DNA of 64,000 nt from Oligoflexia bacterium (GTDB taxonomy: Bacteria > Bdellovibrionota > UBA1018), in the NCBI GenBank assembly GCA_963758495.1, contig CAVWVI010000004.1, forward strand, positions 448,001 through 512,000. Reading direction: 5' to 3'. Both the position numbers and the translations under genes were made by a program. A model generated the notes under the pieces. The model made no database searches. It was given only the letters and a program-made list of their open reading frames with translations, and was not told where the DNA came from. This document shows, piece after piece, positions 49,466 to 58,776 of the stretch; the first letter of the stretch is position 1; the number at the start of each line of letters is the position of its first letter.

Positions 49466-50644
49466 CTATCCCCTCAGAGGATGAATTTCAAAATCCTTCT
49501 CAAAATAAGAATTTGCAGTGTGAGTTAAAATAAGAAGACGAAAAAGCTGATCCACTTTCTTTTGAAACGCATGAAGCGAGTCCATATCACCGCGAGTAGT
49601 TACTTCCTGAGGTTGAATTTGAATAGCTAAACTTGCTGGAGAATTTCTTTTACCACCCCAATCAAAAATCAGTGGCACGCGAGAAGTTTTTTGATTTCTA
49701 TAATAATAAACCTGAGGACGACCTAATCCTTGATTTTCAAAATACGCAAGTGCTTCAAAAAGCACATGGGTTCTAGCGACATTTGCTGGTGTTGCTCCTA
49801 AGTGACTCATGAACCCAGCATCGCATAAAGTGTAGAGAGCTTTTCCAACCCCACTTCGATGAGGTTCAATTCGATAAACGACCAAAATAGCTTCTAAAGC
49901 TTTTAGATACCGCCCAATAACACGGGCGTCTTTTCTAAGTCTTTTCGCTAAATGAGCGAGTGTTGCTTCTTCTGCTTTGGCAATTTCCATCAGAATCGCC
50001 AGACCCAGTCCCCCGTCTAATTTCGAACCTTGAACTTGTTGTAGATCTCTGTAGCAGGTCGTTTCTAGCCACATATCACAAGAAACGCTAAATTCGTTAG
50101 AATCACGTAAAAAACAAAGACCAGGCATTCCGCCTCGGGTTACTTTTTTTTCATATTCCTCAAGAGATAAAATAGCTTTACACTCTGCCTTCTTTGAAAA
50201 ATAATTTCCGACTTCTTTTCCGTAGAGTTCCCGCAAAGTCATAGGATAAAGATGCAAAATCCCTATTCTTCCCGTCAAAGATTCTCTAATTCCTGTGAGT
50301 TTTGAAAACTCTGTGGAACCACTTATGACAAACATTCCAGGACGGCGATTCTGATCTACATGATATTTTATGGAATCAAAGAGATCTCCTGCTTTTTGAA
50401 CTTCATCAATAATTTTAATTTTCTGGTCACTAGGCTCAGTAAATGCCTCGGGGGTATTTTGAGCTCGTGCTCTTTCAGTAAGAGAATCTAACGTAATATA
50501 TTTGCCGTCTATTTTTGGTAGCAAAAGGTCTCGTAATAAAACACTTTTTCCTGTTTGCCTTGCGCCCACCAATCCCACCACTGGCCAAAGTTTGAGTCTT
50601 TTTAATAAGATCGGGAGAATTTCTCGTTTTCTTTGATGCGGCAT
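49466..50644 (-). CDS. AAA_14 ATPase (DUF4143-type)
   Basis: GARQTGKS, IIDEVQK, SGST, ESLTGR, RGGMP. Confidence 0.85.
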   Translation of the reverse strand: MPHQRKREILPILLKRLKLWPVVGLVGARQTGKSVLLRDLLLPKIDGKYITLDSLTERARAQNTPEAFTEPSDQKIKIIDEVQKAGDLFDSIKYHVDQNRRPGMFVISGSTEFSKLTGIRESLTGRIGILHLYPMTLRELYGKEVGNYFSKKAECKAILSLEEYEKKVTRGGMPGLCFLRDSNEFSVSCDMWLETTCYRDLQQVQGSKLDGGLGLAILMEIAKAEEATLAHLAKRLRKDARVIGRYLKALEAILVVYRIEPHRSGVGKALYTLCDAGFMSHLGATPANVARTHVLFEALAYFENQGLGRPQVYYYRNQKTSRVPLIFDWGGKRNSPASLAIQIQPQEVTTRGDMDSLHAFQKKVDQLFRLLILTHTANSYFEKDFEIHPLRG

Positions 50645-50748
50645 TGAATCTCAGTATATCTTACCGATTTCTGCATGTATACGTATAAATCAGTATGACA
50701 TAAGAGTCCAAAAAGTATTTATATGTGTGTATTCAACTTTAAAATACG

Positions 50749-51158
50749 TTAAGTTTTAAGGTAGTTTGAAATCTTATTAAGTCCAAATTTCCTTATAGAT
50801 TCCGATTGGTTATGATTAAAACAGAGCAACCTGAGATTGAAAACCTCCGTCTTCCCGCCTAGGGCCAGTGGATGAACGTGGTCTAGCTGAATTTTATGTC
50901 GTGAATTACAGATTCTGCCAGTATATCCTTCAATAGTTTCATTGCCCCTAATCGCCGCGCAGCTGCACCTTCCGAATAGTGAAGCCCTCTTACCAAATAA
51001 TCGAATAAAGTATTGAATCCCCTCTGTGCATGTAATCTGCGCCGACCGACTTCCTTGATATGATGCAACACTGCTAAAATTAATTTTCGCTCCTCTTGAG
51101 CAAGAGATTGGGTTTTTGAAAATAAGTCACTATCGGTCAGATTTCTTAAGTTTTGCAT
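50749..51158 (-). pseudogene. Internally deleted, frameshifted paralog of the 13358-14440 HNH gene
   Basis: N-terminus MQNLRNLTDSDL...GLHYSEGAAARRL is joined out of frame to TGRICNSRHKIQLDHVHPLALGG...NLRLLCFNHN...FGLNKISNYLKT*. Confidence 0.85.
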
Positions 51159-51468
51159 CGTAAAAATCACATAACACGAAAATCCTCCATGACCTGGAAA
51201 ATACTGATGAGTCCGAATTCAAGTCTCAAGGTCCAATTTCAACACGATTTGTTTCGCATTTTTTAGTCTCTACATGACCTGATTTTTGCACAAGTGAAAC
51301 CCTATGCAATACTTCAGAGAATTACACATACAGATGCAGAAACAAGATTATTACCGAATACTTGGATTTTTTAGAAAAAGTAAATAAATTTAATAAATTA
51401 CTTGACTATAATATTAAAAAAGAGTAGGTTGCTCCAAATTACTTTGGGTAAAAAAAGGGAAAGTTGTC

Positions 51469-52728
51469 ATGTTGAAAGAAATTTCAAAAATTAAAATAGT
51501 GTTAAAAGCAGTCTATTTAGCCCTATCACTAAGTAGTGTTGTTATAGGTGGTTGTGGCAAGAACTCAAGTGATACAATACATGACCCCACAAGAAAGGGC
51601 TTTACAGAAAATGGAAATTGCTCCCCTTCATTTGAAGCAACCTATAACCAATACTCCGTTTTCGGCGATTGGAAGGGCCATAAATATAAATATGCCTACT
51701 TGAGCATTTCTGATGGGCTAGAATCTAATCTGACTGACGCTAAGAAAATAGTTCAACACTCCGACCAAGTTCTTTCAGAGGTCACAGACCTTAGAAATCA
51801 AGGAAGTTGCTATTCTAGAAAGAAATATAGACAGATCCATCCTCATACTGACCCCGACCTTACAGATGCCGTAAGTACGGCGCAATCTCTTACTCAGAAA
51901 TTGGCTCCGGTTATAAACTTTTCAAATGCTAGAGATGAGCTCAGTAAACATGTGGGTATTCGAATCTCCCCAATTCCACTTTATTCCTTTAAACTGGAAA
52001 AAATATTCGATGAAAATCATTTTAAAAATCAAAAGTTAAATCCTACATTAGGTGAAGTGATCTTGCGTATTGGCACTTACCGCAACAATCTTACTCAGCT
52101 TGATGCAAGTAAGTTCCCTGAGGTCTGCTATAATTGCAACCCTCGCGAAGAAATAGAAAGAGTTAACTTTTTTACGAATGAATTACTTAAAATGAGTGCG
52201 AGACACGCAAGCGATACTCCATTCTATACAGCATATCAGCAAGCCAGCAGTTACGGCACTGGCAATAGTTACGGCACTGGCAATAGTTACGGCACTGGCA
52301 ATAGTTACGGCACTGGCAATAGTTACGGCACTGGCAATAGTTACGGCACTGGCAATAGTTACGGCACTGGCAATAGTTACGGCACTGGCAATAGTTACGG
52401 CACTGGCAATAGTTACGGCACTGGCAATATTAGGAGAAATTACGACAGAAGAGATCATCATAATAGCGATAATCATAATGACAATAATAGAGGATATGGT
52501 TTTCCTTCAAGCTTGACTCCACACAAAGACAAATTGGTCGCTTACTTACGAGCACTCGATGGTAAATTTGGATATACTTGTAATCTCTCTTCAGGGTCGC
52601 CCTCTAAAGAGGAAGTACAATCCGCTGCCAGAAAAGCCGCTTTTAAATTACATCCTGACAAAGGCGGTAGTGAAGATGAGTTCAAAACTTTTAATTATTT
52701 TTGGGATAAATTTAAAAATGAAACTTAA
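51469..52728 (+). CDS. Lipoprotein with (SYGTGN)10 repeat and C-terminal J-domain-like HPD module
   Basis: Lipobox IGGC; EVQSAARKAAFKLHPDKGGSEDEFK. Confidence 0.7.
   Translation: MLKEISKIKIVLKAVYLALSLSSVVIGGCGKNSSDTIHDPTRKGFTENGNCSPSFEATYNQYSVFGDWKGHKYKYAYLSISDGLESNLTDAKKIVQHSDQVLSEVTDLRNQGSCYSRKKYRQIHPHTDPDLTDAVSTAQSLTQKLAPVINFSNARDELSKHVGIRISPIPLYSFKLEKIFDENHFKNQKLNPTLGEVILRIGTYRNNLTQLDASKFPEVCYNCNPREEIERVNFFTNELLKMSARHASDTPFYTAYQQASSYGTGNSYGTGNSYGTGNSYGTGNSYGTGNSYGTGNSYGTGNSYGTGNSYGTGNSYGTGNIRRNYDRRDHHNSDNHNDNNRGYGFPSSLTPHKDKLVAYLRALDGKFGYTCNLSSGSPSKEEVQSAARKAAFKLHPDKGGSEDEFKTFNYFWDKFKNET
52249..52428 (+). repeat. Perfect 18-bp tandem repeat x10 (coding VNTR)
   Basis: AGTTACGGCACTGGCAAT repeated ten times with no differences. 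Confidence 0.97.
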
Positions 52729-52859
52729 TAGCAAAAGAGATCCATCAAAAGATGAGTCTCGATAGCTGTAAAAGCTAAAACCTGTTATTTATGGCATCTG
52801 ATAAAGTACCCGACAATTACACTACTATTTCTGCAATGCAGATGATATTGTAGATTGAT

Positions 52860-53669
52860 ATGCGCATTGCTGCAATACAGATGACGACGTCTCCGGACAA
52901 AGTTAAGAATTTAAATGAAGCCTACCGCCTTCTTCAAGAAGCTCTAGAGAGGGGCTCTGACCTCATCGCTTTTCCAGAAAACTTTTCACTCTTGACAGGC
53001 AATGGTGATCAGTTCCTGGAAGAAGCGGAAACCCTGCAAGGACTTACGGTAAGCACTCTTCAAGAATGGGCTGCGGACTTCGACGTATGGATTCTGGGTG
53101 GCAGTATTGCTCTTAAAGCAAAATCAGATCCTAAACGAGTCACAAATACGAGTATCTTATTCTCAGACGAAGGTGATATTCATGCACGTTACGATAAGAT
53201 TCATCTATTTGATGTCAATGTAAAAAATGATCAAGTTTATGAAGAATCGAAATTAGTGACTCCCGGCAAGAAAGTTGTTGTCGCTGAAACCCCCTGGGCC
53301 ATGACTGGTTTATCGATCTGTTATGACCTCAGATTTCCTGAACTCTATCGCAAGCAATCTAATGCTGAAGCAAAGATCCTTTTCATTCCATCCGCTTTTA
53401 CAAAACCCACTGGCGCTGCCCATTGGGACGTCCTCACTCGTGCCCGCGCGATTGAGAACCTCTCTTATGTCGTTGCACCTTCACAAACTGGGACAGCATA
53501 TCCGGGACGTGAGACCTATGGTCACACACGAATTGTAGATCCCTGGGGAAGAGTGATTTCGGAAAGACCTGCCGGACCCGGTATCGTTTGGGCGAGGCTT
53601 GATTTGGAAAAACTGGAAGAGACTCGAAGAAATTTTCCTGCGTTAAAAAATCGAAAATTAAGAGCGTAA
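52860..53669 (+). CDS. Carbon-nitrogen hydrolase (Nit1/deaminated glutathione amidase-like)
   Basis: FPE, YDKIHLFDV, ICYDLRFPE, RARAIEN. Confidence 0.92.
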   Translation: MRIAAIQMTTSPDKVKNLNEAYRLLQEALERGSDLIAFPENFSLLTGNGDQFLEEAETLQGLTVSTLQEWAADFDVWILGGSIALKAKSDPKRVTNTSILFSDEGDIHARYDKIHLFDVNVKNDQVYEESKLVTPGKKVVVAETPWAMTGLSICYDLRFPELYRKQSNAEAKILFIPSAFTKPTGAAHWDVLTRARAIENLSYVVAPSQTGTAYPGRETYGHTRIVDPWGRVISERPAGPGIVWARLDLEKLEETRRNFPALKNRKLRA

Positions 53670-53676
53670 ATAAACC

Positions 53677-54552
53677 TTAATTTAAAGTTTTCTTTAGCTC
53701 TGTCCCTAGAGGTTGGATCAGTTTCTCTATCTTTTGAACAAAAGATACACGAACGCCTTCTTTTACGTGGGAGACGAAAATTCCTTCTGGCGCATACCAA
53801 GGTTTTTCGACTTGTACGACCAGGGATGCTTTCAATGAAAACTTCTTAGAATCAACCGAGTCTTGCGACACTTCATAGGTGTAGCGATTCGATTTCAAAT
53901 AGATTGTATTACCGCTTCCTTTTATGCTTTTGGATTCGGAATCAAGTTTAAGAAAGCTTTTTTTATCCGAGAGAAGGGTTAGGACCTGACGGATCGACAC
54001 CTGATCTCCATTTTCAACAGTGGTAGCCGTCACCTTAAACCGTTTTTCAAATAAACCCTGCGGAGTCTCAGATTCTATTGTAGCGTGAATCTCGAATTCT
54101 TTAGAAATCCAGTTCAAAAAATAAGTTTCTAGTTCCGTCAAATCACCTAAATTTTCCAAAGTGATGTTACAAAGTGTGGATAAATGGACTTCAAAGTAAC
54201 CTTGATCATTTTTCCGTTTTGTTCCGTCCCAATCGAAATCCTCACATTGTGACGCGAATGAAGTAGGAGTGATTGATTGACTCAATCCAACTCCACCTAA
54301 AGTACCTCCAACAAGAGGTCGGAGGTTTCGTTTTGAATAAAATGAAGAGTGAACTGTTCTTACTCGATGACCCCAAGACCCTGCACTAGACACAGACTGA
54401 ACAGGCTGCCTCAAAAAATTCCCAAGAACCACCCTGCGAGGCGTCCGAGTTACTGAAAGAGCGCTGAGAGCCTTTCTCATAGTCCCATGAGCTGGATTGG
54501 AGCCTAGACAAAAAACGAGGATTAAAAAAACTAGAGTCTTGATACTATCCAT
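53677..54552 (-). CDS. Secreted hypothetical protein with a long basic, acid-free segment after the signal peptide
   Basis: Signal peptide, then 79 residues with no D/E, then a beta-rich globular domain. Confidence 0.65.
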   Translation of the reverse strand: MDSIKTLVFLILVFCLGSNPAHGTMRKALSALSVTRTPRRVVLGNFLRQPVQSVSSAGSWGHRVRTVHSSFYSKRNLRPLVGGTLGGVGLSQSITPTSFASQCEDFDWDGTKRKNDQGYFEVHLSTLCNITLENLGDLTELETYFLNWISKEFEIHATIESETPQGLFEKRFKVTATTVENGDQVSIRQVLTLLSDKKSFLKLDSESKSIKGSGNTIYLKSNRYTYEVSQDSVDSKKFSLKASLVVQVEKPWYAPEGIFVSHVKEGVRVSFVQKIEKLIQPLGTELKKTLN

Positions 54553-54629
54553 GGGGTGGGTCTTAACATAATAAATTACATATTTTATCCAGAATTTTAA
54601 AAAATATCACAAACTAGTTTAAACTCATT

Positions 54630-56384
54630 TTAAAAATGAAAAAGCTGAGTTCCGATATCCTTATACGAAATCGGTTTAGCTAGAATAACGGGAGGACCTT
54701 GAACAAGCCAATAAACAGGTTGAATAGAGTGAACGACCTCAAACCCATCCATTAAGTTCATTCCAATATAGAATTTTTTATTTGGAGTTAAACCATTCAA
54801 AGCACCGTATACATGTCGATTCCAACCATTGACCTCATAGCCTCCATCCACCTGAAATGGAGATACCCCAGACTTTACGATTTCATCAAATAAACTCCAT
54901 CTCACTTCATTCCATCGAAATTCATCATGAACTCCCGCTATGGAGAAAAAGCCTAGCGGCATGCATGCGATAAGAAAGGTCGCGATTCGTGCTCTAAAGA
55001 ATTGTGGTGAAATTTTCGGTAAAGATATCCATGTGATCAATGCGGGCAATAAGAATAATAACACTGGAAAATGATAACGATCATAAACAAAATTTCCATA
55101 AACTTGAACCGTAACAAAAAAAATAATACTAGAAAGCAGCACTGAAAATGTAATCACTCCTCCATAGCTCTTTCGTTTTTTCAATAAGGCAGAAAAACTC
55201 ATGGATAAAAACAAACAGGATCCAAAAATCGTCAGAGCTTCGACACATCTCCAAATCCACACTGGCCACTGGGGCCTTCCCTGTAAATGATGTTCGTAAA
55301 CATCCTCTAAAGTAATGGGTCCAATACCCGCATTATAAATAATATTACCAAGAAATGGGAACCCCTGATGAACAAATGTGTCCACATGATAGGGTTGAAA
55401 AACTCGAGATCGATAAAAAATAAGCGCCCCTTCGAATAACAAAGTAAATAATAAAGCCGTAACCACTTTCTTACGAGAGAAGACTTGTATCGGCATCAGA
55501 AAAAAAAGAGGATAGAAATAAGCCACCGCATAGATAAGAAAAATGAATATTTCTTTAAAAAAAGTTTCTGGATTCACGCTCGTAAGACGAGATAGTGGAA
55601 TCGCAAACTCCTGCTTAAAATTTCCGGTACTTTTAGCCCAAGGGAAATAGAGTAAAATCACCCCGCTGAATATCAGTATCCCCACCAGCCACTTTAAAAT
55701 GACTGCCCGATTCTCTTTCTCTTTAAAGTTAAAGCACCATCCTCGATCAAGAAGCCAAGCTCCCAATAAGGCTGGATAAACAAGCACTGCAAACTGACGG
55801 ACCCAAAAAAGCAAACCGGAGAGCACACTAACTAGGATCATTAAAAGCCAGGTGGGGTGACTTGCCTTTCCACGACACTTTGAAAACCAAAGAACAGCAA
55901 TCCACAAAGCAGGAACAAACCCATACATTTCGTTCATGAACGTCGTTGAGAGGTAAAGGAAAAGGGGGTTAACGATAAAAAGGATTAAACCCAAAGCACG
56001 AGCTAATGCCGGGGTACCCGCCAGAACCATCAATCGGTCCATGGCTCTTAAGCCTAAAATACTCATTCCGAGAGTTACACCCCGCAAGAGCTGATGAGAA
56101 AATCCAAATAGTTTAACCCACGGAAACACCCAAAGAACTTGCCCTACTAATGAGGGGGCAATGGGCGTTTCAATCCAAACCTTTCCCAGCTCGAGCAAGC
56201 GCTTTACGACGAGTGCATACTGCCAATCATCGTTTAGCGGAAAATTTCCCCACGGAGCAATCACCGCAATGATCACTAAATAAAGGATAAAAGGGATCCA
56301 CCAGTAAAGATCGAGCTTGTTATTATTGATAAAAAGACTCCTTGAAGACTGAATATAACTCGATCTTTCTTCTATTTCCAACAA
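54630..56384 (-). CDS. GT-C (ArnT/PMT-like) integral membrane glycosyltransferase
   Basis: NFPLNDDWQY after the first TM, many TM segments, YDRY loop. Confidence 0.7.
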   Translation of the reverse strand: MLEIEERSSYIQSSRSLFINNNKLDLYWWIPFILYLVIIAVIAPWGNFPLNDDWQYALVVKRLLELGKVWIETPIAPSLVGQVLWVFPWVKLFGFSHQLLRGVTLGMSILGLRAMDRLMVLAGTPALARALGLILFIVNPLFLYLSTTFMNEMYGFVPALWIAVLWFSKCRGKASHPTWLLMILVSVLSGLLFWVRQFAVLVYPALLGAWLLDRGWCFNFKEKENRAVILKWLVGILIFSGVILLYFPWAKSTGNFKQEFAIPLSRLTSVNPETFFKEIFIFLIYAVAYFYPLFFLMPIQVFSRKKVVTALLFTLLFEGALIFYRSRVFQPYHVDTFVHQGFPFLGNIIYNAGIGPITLEDVYEHHLQGRPQWPVWIWRCVEALTIFGSCLFLSMSFSALLKKRKSYGGVITFSVLLSSIIFFVTVQVYGNFVYDRYHFPVLLFLLPALITWISLPKISPQFFRARIATFLIACMPLGFFSIAGVHDEFRWNEVRWSLFDEIVKSGVSPFQVDGGYEVNGWNRHVYGALNGLTPNKKFYIGMNLMDGFEVVHSIQPVYWLVQGPPVILAKPISYKDIGTQLFHF

Positions 56385-56418
56385 TTGACTAAGTGCCTCA
56401 ACAACAGTATAAAATCGT

Positions 56419-58050
56419 ATGATTCATTTAACCAACATCAGTAAACAATACGGTACCCGTGTTCTTTTCAAAGACGCCAGCTTCCAGGTTCGTCCAGGAG
56501 ATAAAATAGGTTTAGTAGGGCCAAATGGAGCAGGAAAGACTACTGTATTTCGATTGATCATGAAAGAAGAAGGGGTCGATGAGGGGGATATCAACATTGC
56601 AGATAAACTCATCATTGGCTATTTTTCTCAAGATGTCGGAGAAATGCGAGGAAGATCTGCCCTCGAAGAAGTGAAAGCAGGAGCGGGCCGCATTTCCACC
56701 CTCGCCCAACAGATTGAGAAAATAGAAAAACGCTTAGAACAATCGGTAGAAAATCCTCTTTCTGATGACGATATGGCCGCACTTCTTGAGAAATACGGAG
56801 AAGCTCAGCTCGAGTTTGAACAACGAGGCGGATACGATCTCGACTCTCGAGCAAAAGCGATTTTAACAGGATTACGCATAGGTCCCGACGACTATGATCG
56901 ACCGGTTGAGACCTTCAGCGGTGGATGGAAAATGCGTATTGCCTTAGCCCGAATCTTGGCGTTAAATCCTGATGTTTTACTCATTGACGAACCTACCAAT
57001 CACTTAGACTTAGAGTCTATTGTTTGGCTTGAAGAGTGGCTCGTTGCCTTTAAGGGTTCTGTCGTCATGACGAGTCACGATCGAGATTTTATGAATCGAA
57101 TCGTCTCTCGAATTGTCGAAGTAGCGAATAAGGCGATCACCACCTATAGTGGTAATTATGATTTTTACCTTAAAGAAAGAGAAATTAGAAAAACCCAACT
57201 CTTAGCCGCTCACTCAAAACAACAAGATATGCTTGCAAAGGAAGAAGAATTTATTGCTCGATTTGCGGCACGAGCCTCCCATGCAGCACAAGTTCAATCG
57301 CGAGTTAAAAAACTGGATAAAATTGATAGAATAGAAATTCCGGTTGAAGAGAAGACCATGCAGTTCGAGTTCCCTACTCCACCCAGGAGCGGGAACGATG
57401 TCGTTAAAATGCAGAATCTCAGCAAATCCTGGCCTCTCGAAAACGGATCCGAAAAACATGTCTTCAGTGGCGTGAGCGGTGTTGTTCGCCGATTAGACAA
57501 AATAGCCGTAGTCGGAGTCAATGGAGCAGGTAAATCTACTTTATTAAAAACTATTTGTGGCCAAACAGAGTCATCTACCGGAAACGTGTCTTTAGGTGCG
57601 AGTGTGCACGTTGGCTACTTTAGCCAACACTCACTTGAAGTTTTAAATCCGGAAAATACGATTTATGACGAAGTTCATAATCTTATCCCACAGTCGACTA
57701 TTGGATTTGTGAGAAATTTACTAGGTGCCTTCCTTTTTACAGGTGATGATGTTTATAAAAAAATCTCAATTCTCTCTGGCGGTGAAAAAAGTCGTGTAGT
57801 TTTAGCGACTATTCTTGCTAAACCCATGAATCTTCTGATTTTGGATGAACCTACCAACCATTTAGATATTCGGTCTCGTGAGCTTCTCTTGAAAGCCGTA
57901 CAGAACTTTGACGGCACTGTTCTGATCGTAAGTCACGATAGACATTTTCTCCGATCTGTCGCCAATCGAGTTTTTGAAATGAATCACGGCGAAATGAGAA
58001 TCTATGAGGGTAATTATGAATATTATACTTCACAGAAAGAAAAAGTTTAG
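56419..58050 (+). CDS. ABC-F family ATPase
   Basis: Two NBDs (GPNGAGKT, GVNGAGKS), FSGGW and LSGGE, DEPTNHLD twice, no TM. Confidence 0.95.
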   Translation: MIHLTNISKQYGTRVLFKDASFQVRPGDKIGLVGPNGAGKTTVFRLIMKEEGVDEGDINIADKLIIGYFSQDVGEMRGRSALEEVKAGAGRISTLAQQIEKIEKRLEQSVENPLSDDDMAALLEKYGEAQLEFEQRGGYDLDSRAKAILTGLRIGPDDYDRPVETFSGGWKMRIALARILALNPDVLLIDEPTNHLDLESIVWLEEWLVAFKGSVVMTSHDRDFMNRIVSRIVEVANKAITTYSGNYDFYLKEREIRKTQLLAAHSKQQDMLAKEEEFIARFAARASHAAQVQSRVKKLDKIDRIEIPVEEKTMQFEFPTPPRSGNDVVKMQNLSKSWPLENGSEKHVFSGVSGVVRRLDKIAVVGVNGAGKSTLLKTICGQTESSTGNVSLGASVHVGYFSQHSLEVLNPENTIYDEVHNLIPQSTIGFVRNLLGAFLFTGDDVYKKISILSGGEKSRVVLATILAKPMNLLILDEPTNHLDIRSRELLLKAVQNFDGTVLIVSHDRHFLRSVANRVFEMNHGEMRIYEGNYEYYTSQKEKV

Positions 58051-58065
58051 CTCACGAATATTTCA

Positions 58066-58776
58066 TTATGCAAATGAATACACTTTGTAAGCACGTCGAA
58101 TAACCATTTGCGCAACATTACGAACAGGAATACCGCCAGGCGTGGCGGATCTCTCAACCCCAAAATGTGCATGACCATGAAAAACTGCATCCACCGGGGC
58201 TGAATCTATGGCCTCAGCAAGAAGATAACTTCCCAAGAAAGGATAAATTTCTCTTTTTTCTCCCAAGAGCGTTCCCTCCACTGGGGAAAAATGAAGAAGC
58301 GCAAATAAATAATCCGTATTGAGTTTCTTCAAGCCTAAACGTAAAGTCTCTGCTTGAGCATGGCAATGCTTCGCAAATGACTTCATTTCAGGCTCACCAA
58401 ACTCTGTAATACAGGCCCCAAAGAACCCTCCTCCGAATCCTTTCAAGCCCATCACACCCACAGTCTCACCTCGCACTTCAATAATAGCAGATGTACCTTC
58501 CAAACCTATCACTCCGACATCTTTGAGCAGTTTTAATATCTCACTTTGGCGATTTTGATTAAAATCGTGGTTTCCTAAAACTGCCACTACAGGGATGGGT
58601 ACAAAGGAAAGATCATGAGCCAGAGCTTTAGCTTCCTCTACCGTACCTGATTGAGTTAGATCACCTGCGATCAATAATAAATCCGCTTTCTCATCTAAAA
58701 CTTGAAAATAGGATCGCAACCGCTCTCTTGAGTGCTGATCATAATGAACATCTCCCACTGCAGCTACCCGAATCAC
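58066..58776 (-). CDS. Calcineurin-like metallophosphoesterase
   Basis: GDVH, AGDLT, GNHD, HGHAH. Confidence 0.9.
   Translation of the reverse strand: MIRVAAVGDVHYDQHSRERLRSYFQVLDEKADLLLIAGDLTQSGTVEEAKALAHDLSFVPIPVVAVLGNHDFNQNRQSEILKLLKDVGVIGLEGTSAIIEVRGETVGVMGLKGFGGGFFGACITEFGEPEMKSFAKHCHAQAETLRLGLKKLNTDYLFALLHFSPVEGTLLGEKREIYPFLGSYLLAEAIDSAPVDAVFHGHAHFGVERSATPGGIPVRNVAQMVIRRAYKVYSFA

Noticed and set aside
51204..51240. Hammerhead ribozyme core (CTGATGAGTCC)
   Set aside because: No matching GGAC-GAAA to close stem II, and no stems I or III.
52249..52428. CRISPR array
   Set aside because: The units are contiguous with no spacers, in frame within a CDS, and no cas genes are present.
52183..52516. 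Alternative-frame ORFs (IASAVT and IVTALA repeats)
   Set aside because: By-products of the stop-free 18-bp repeat.
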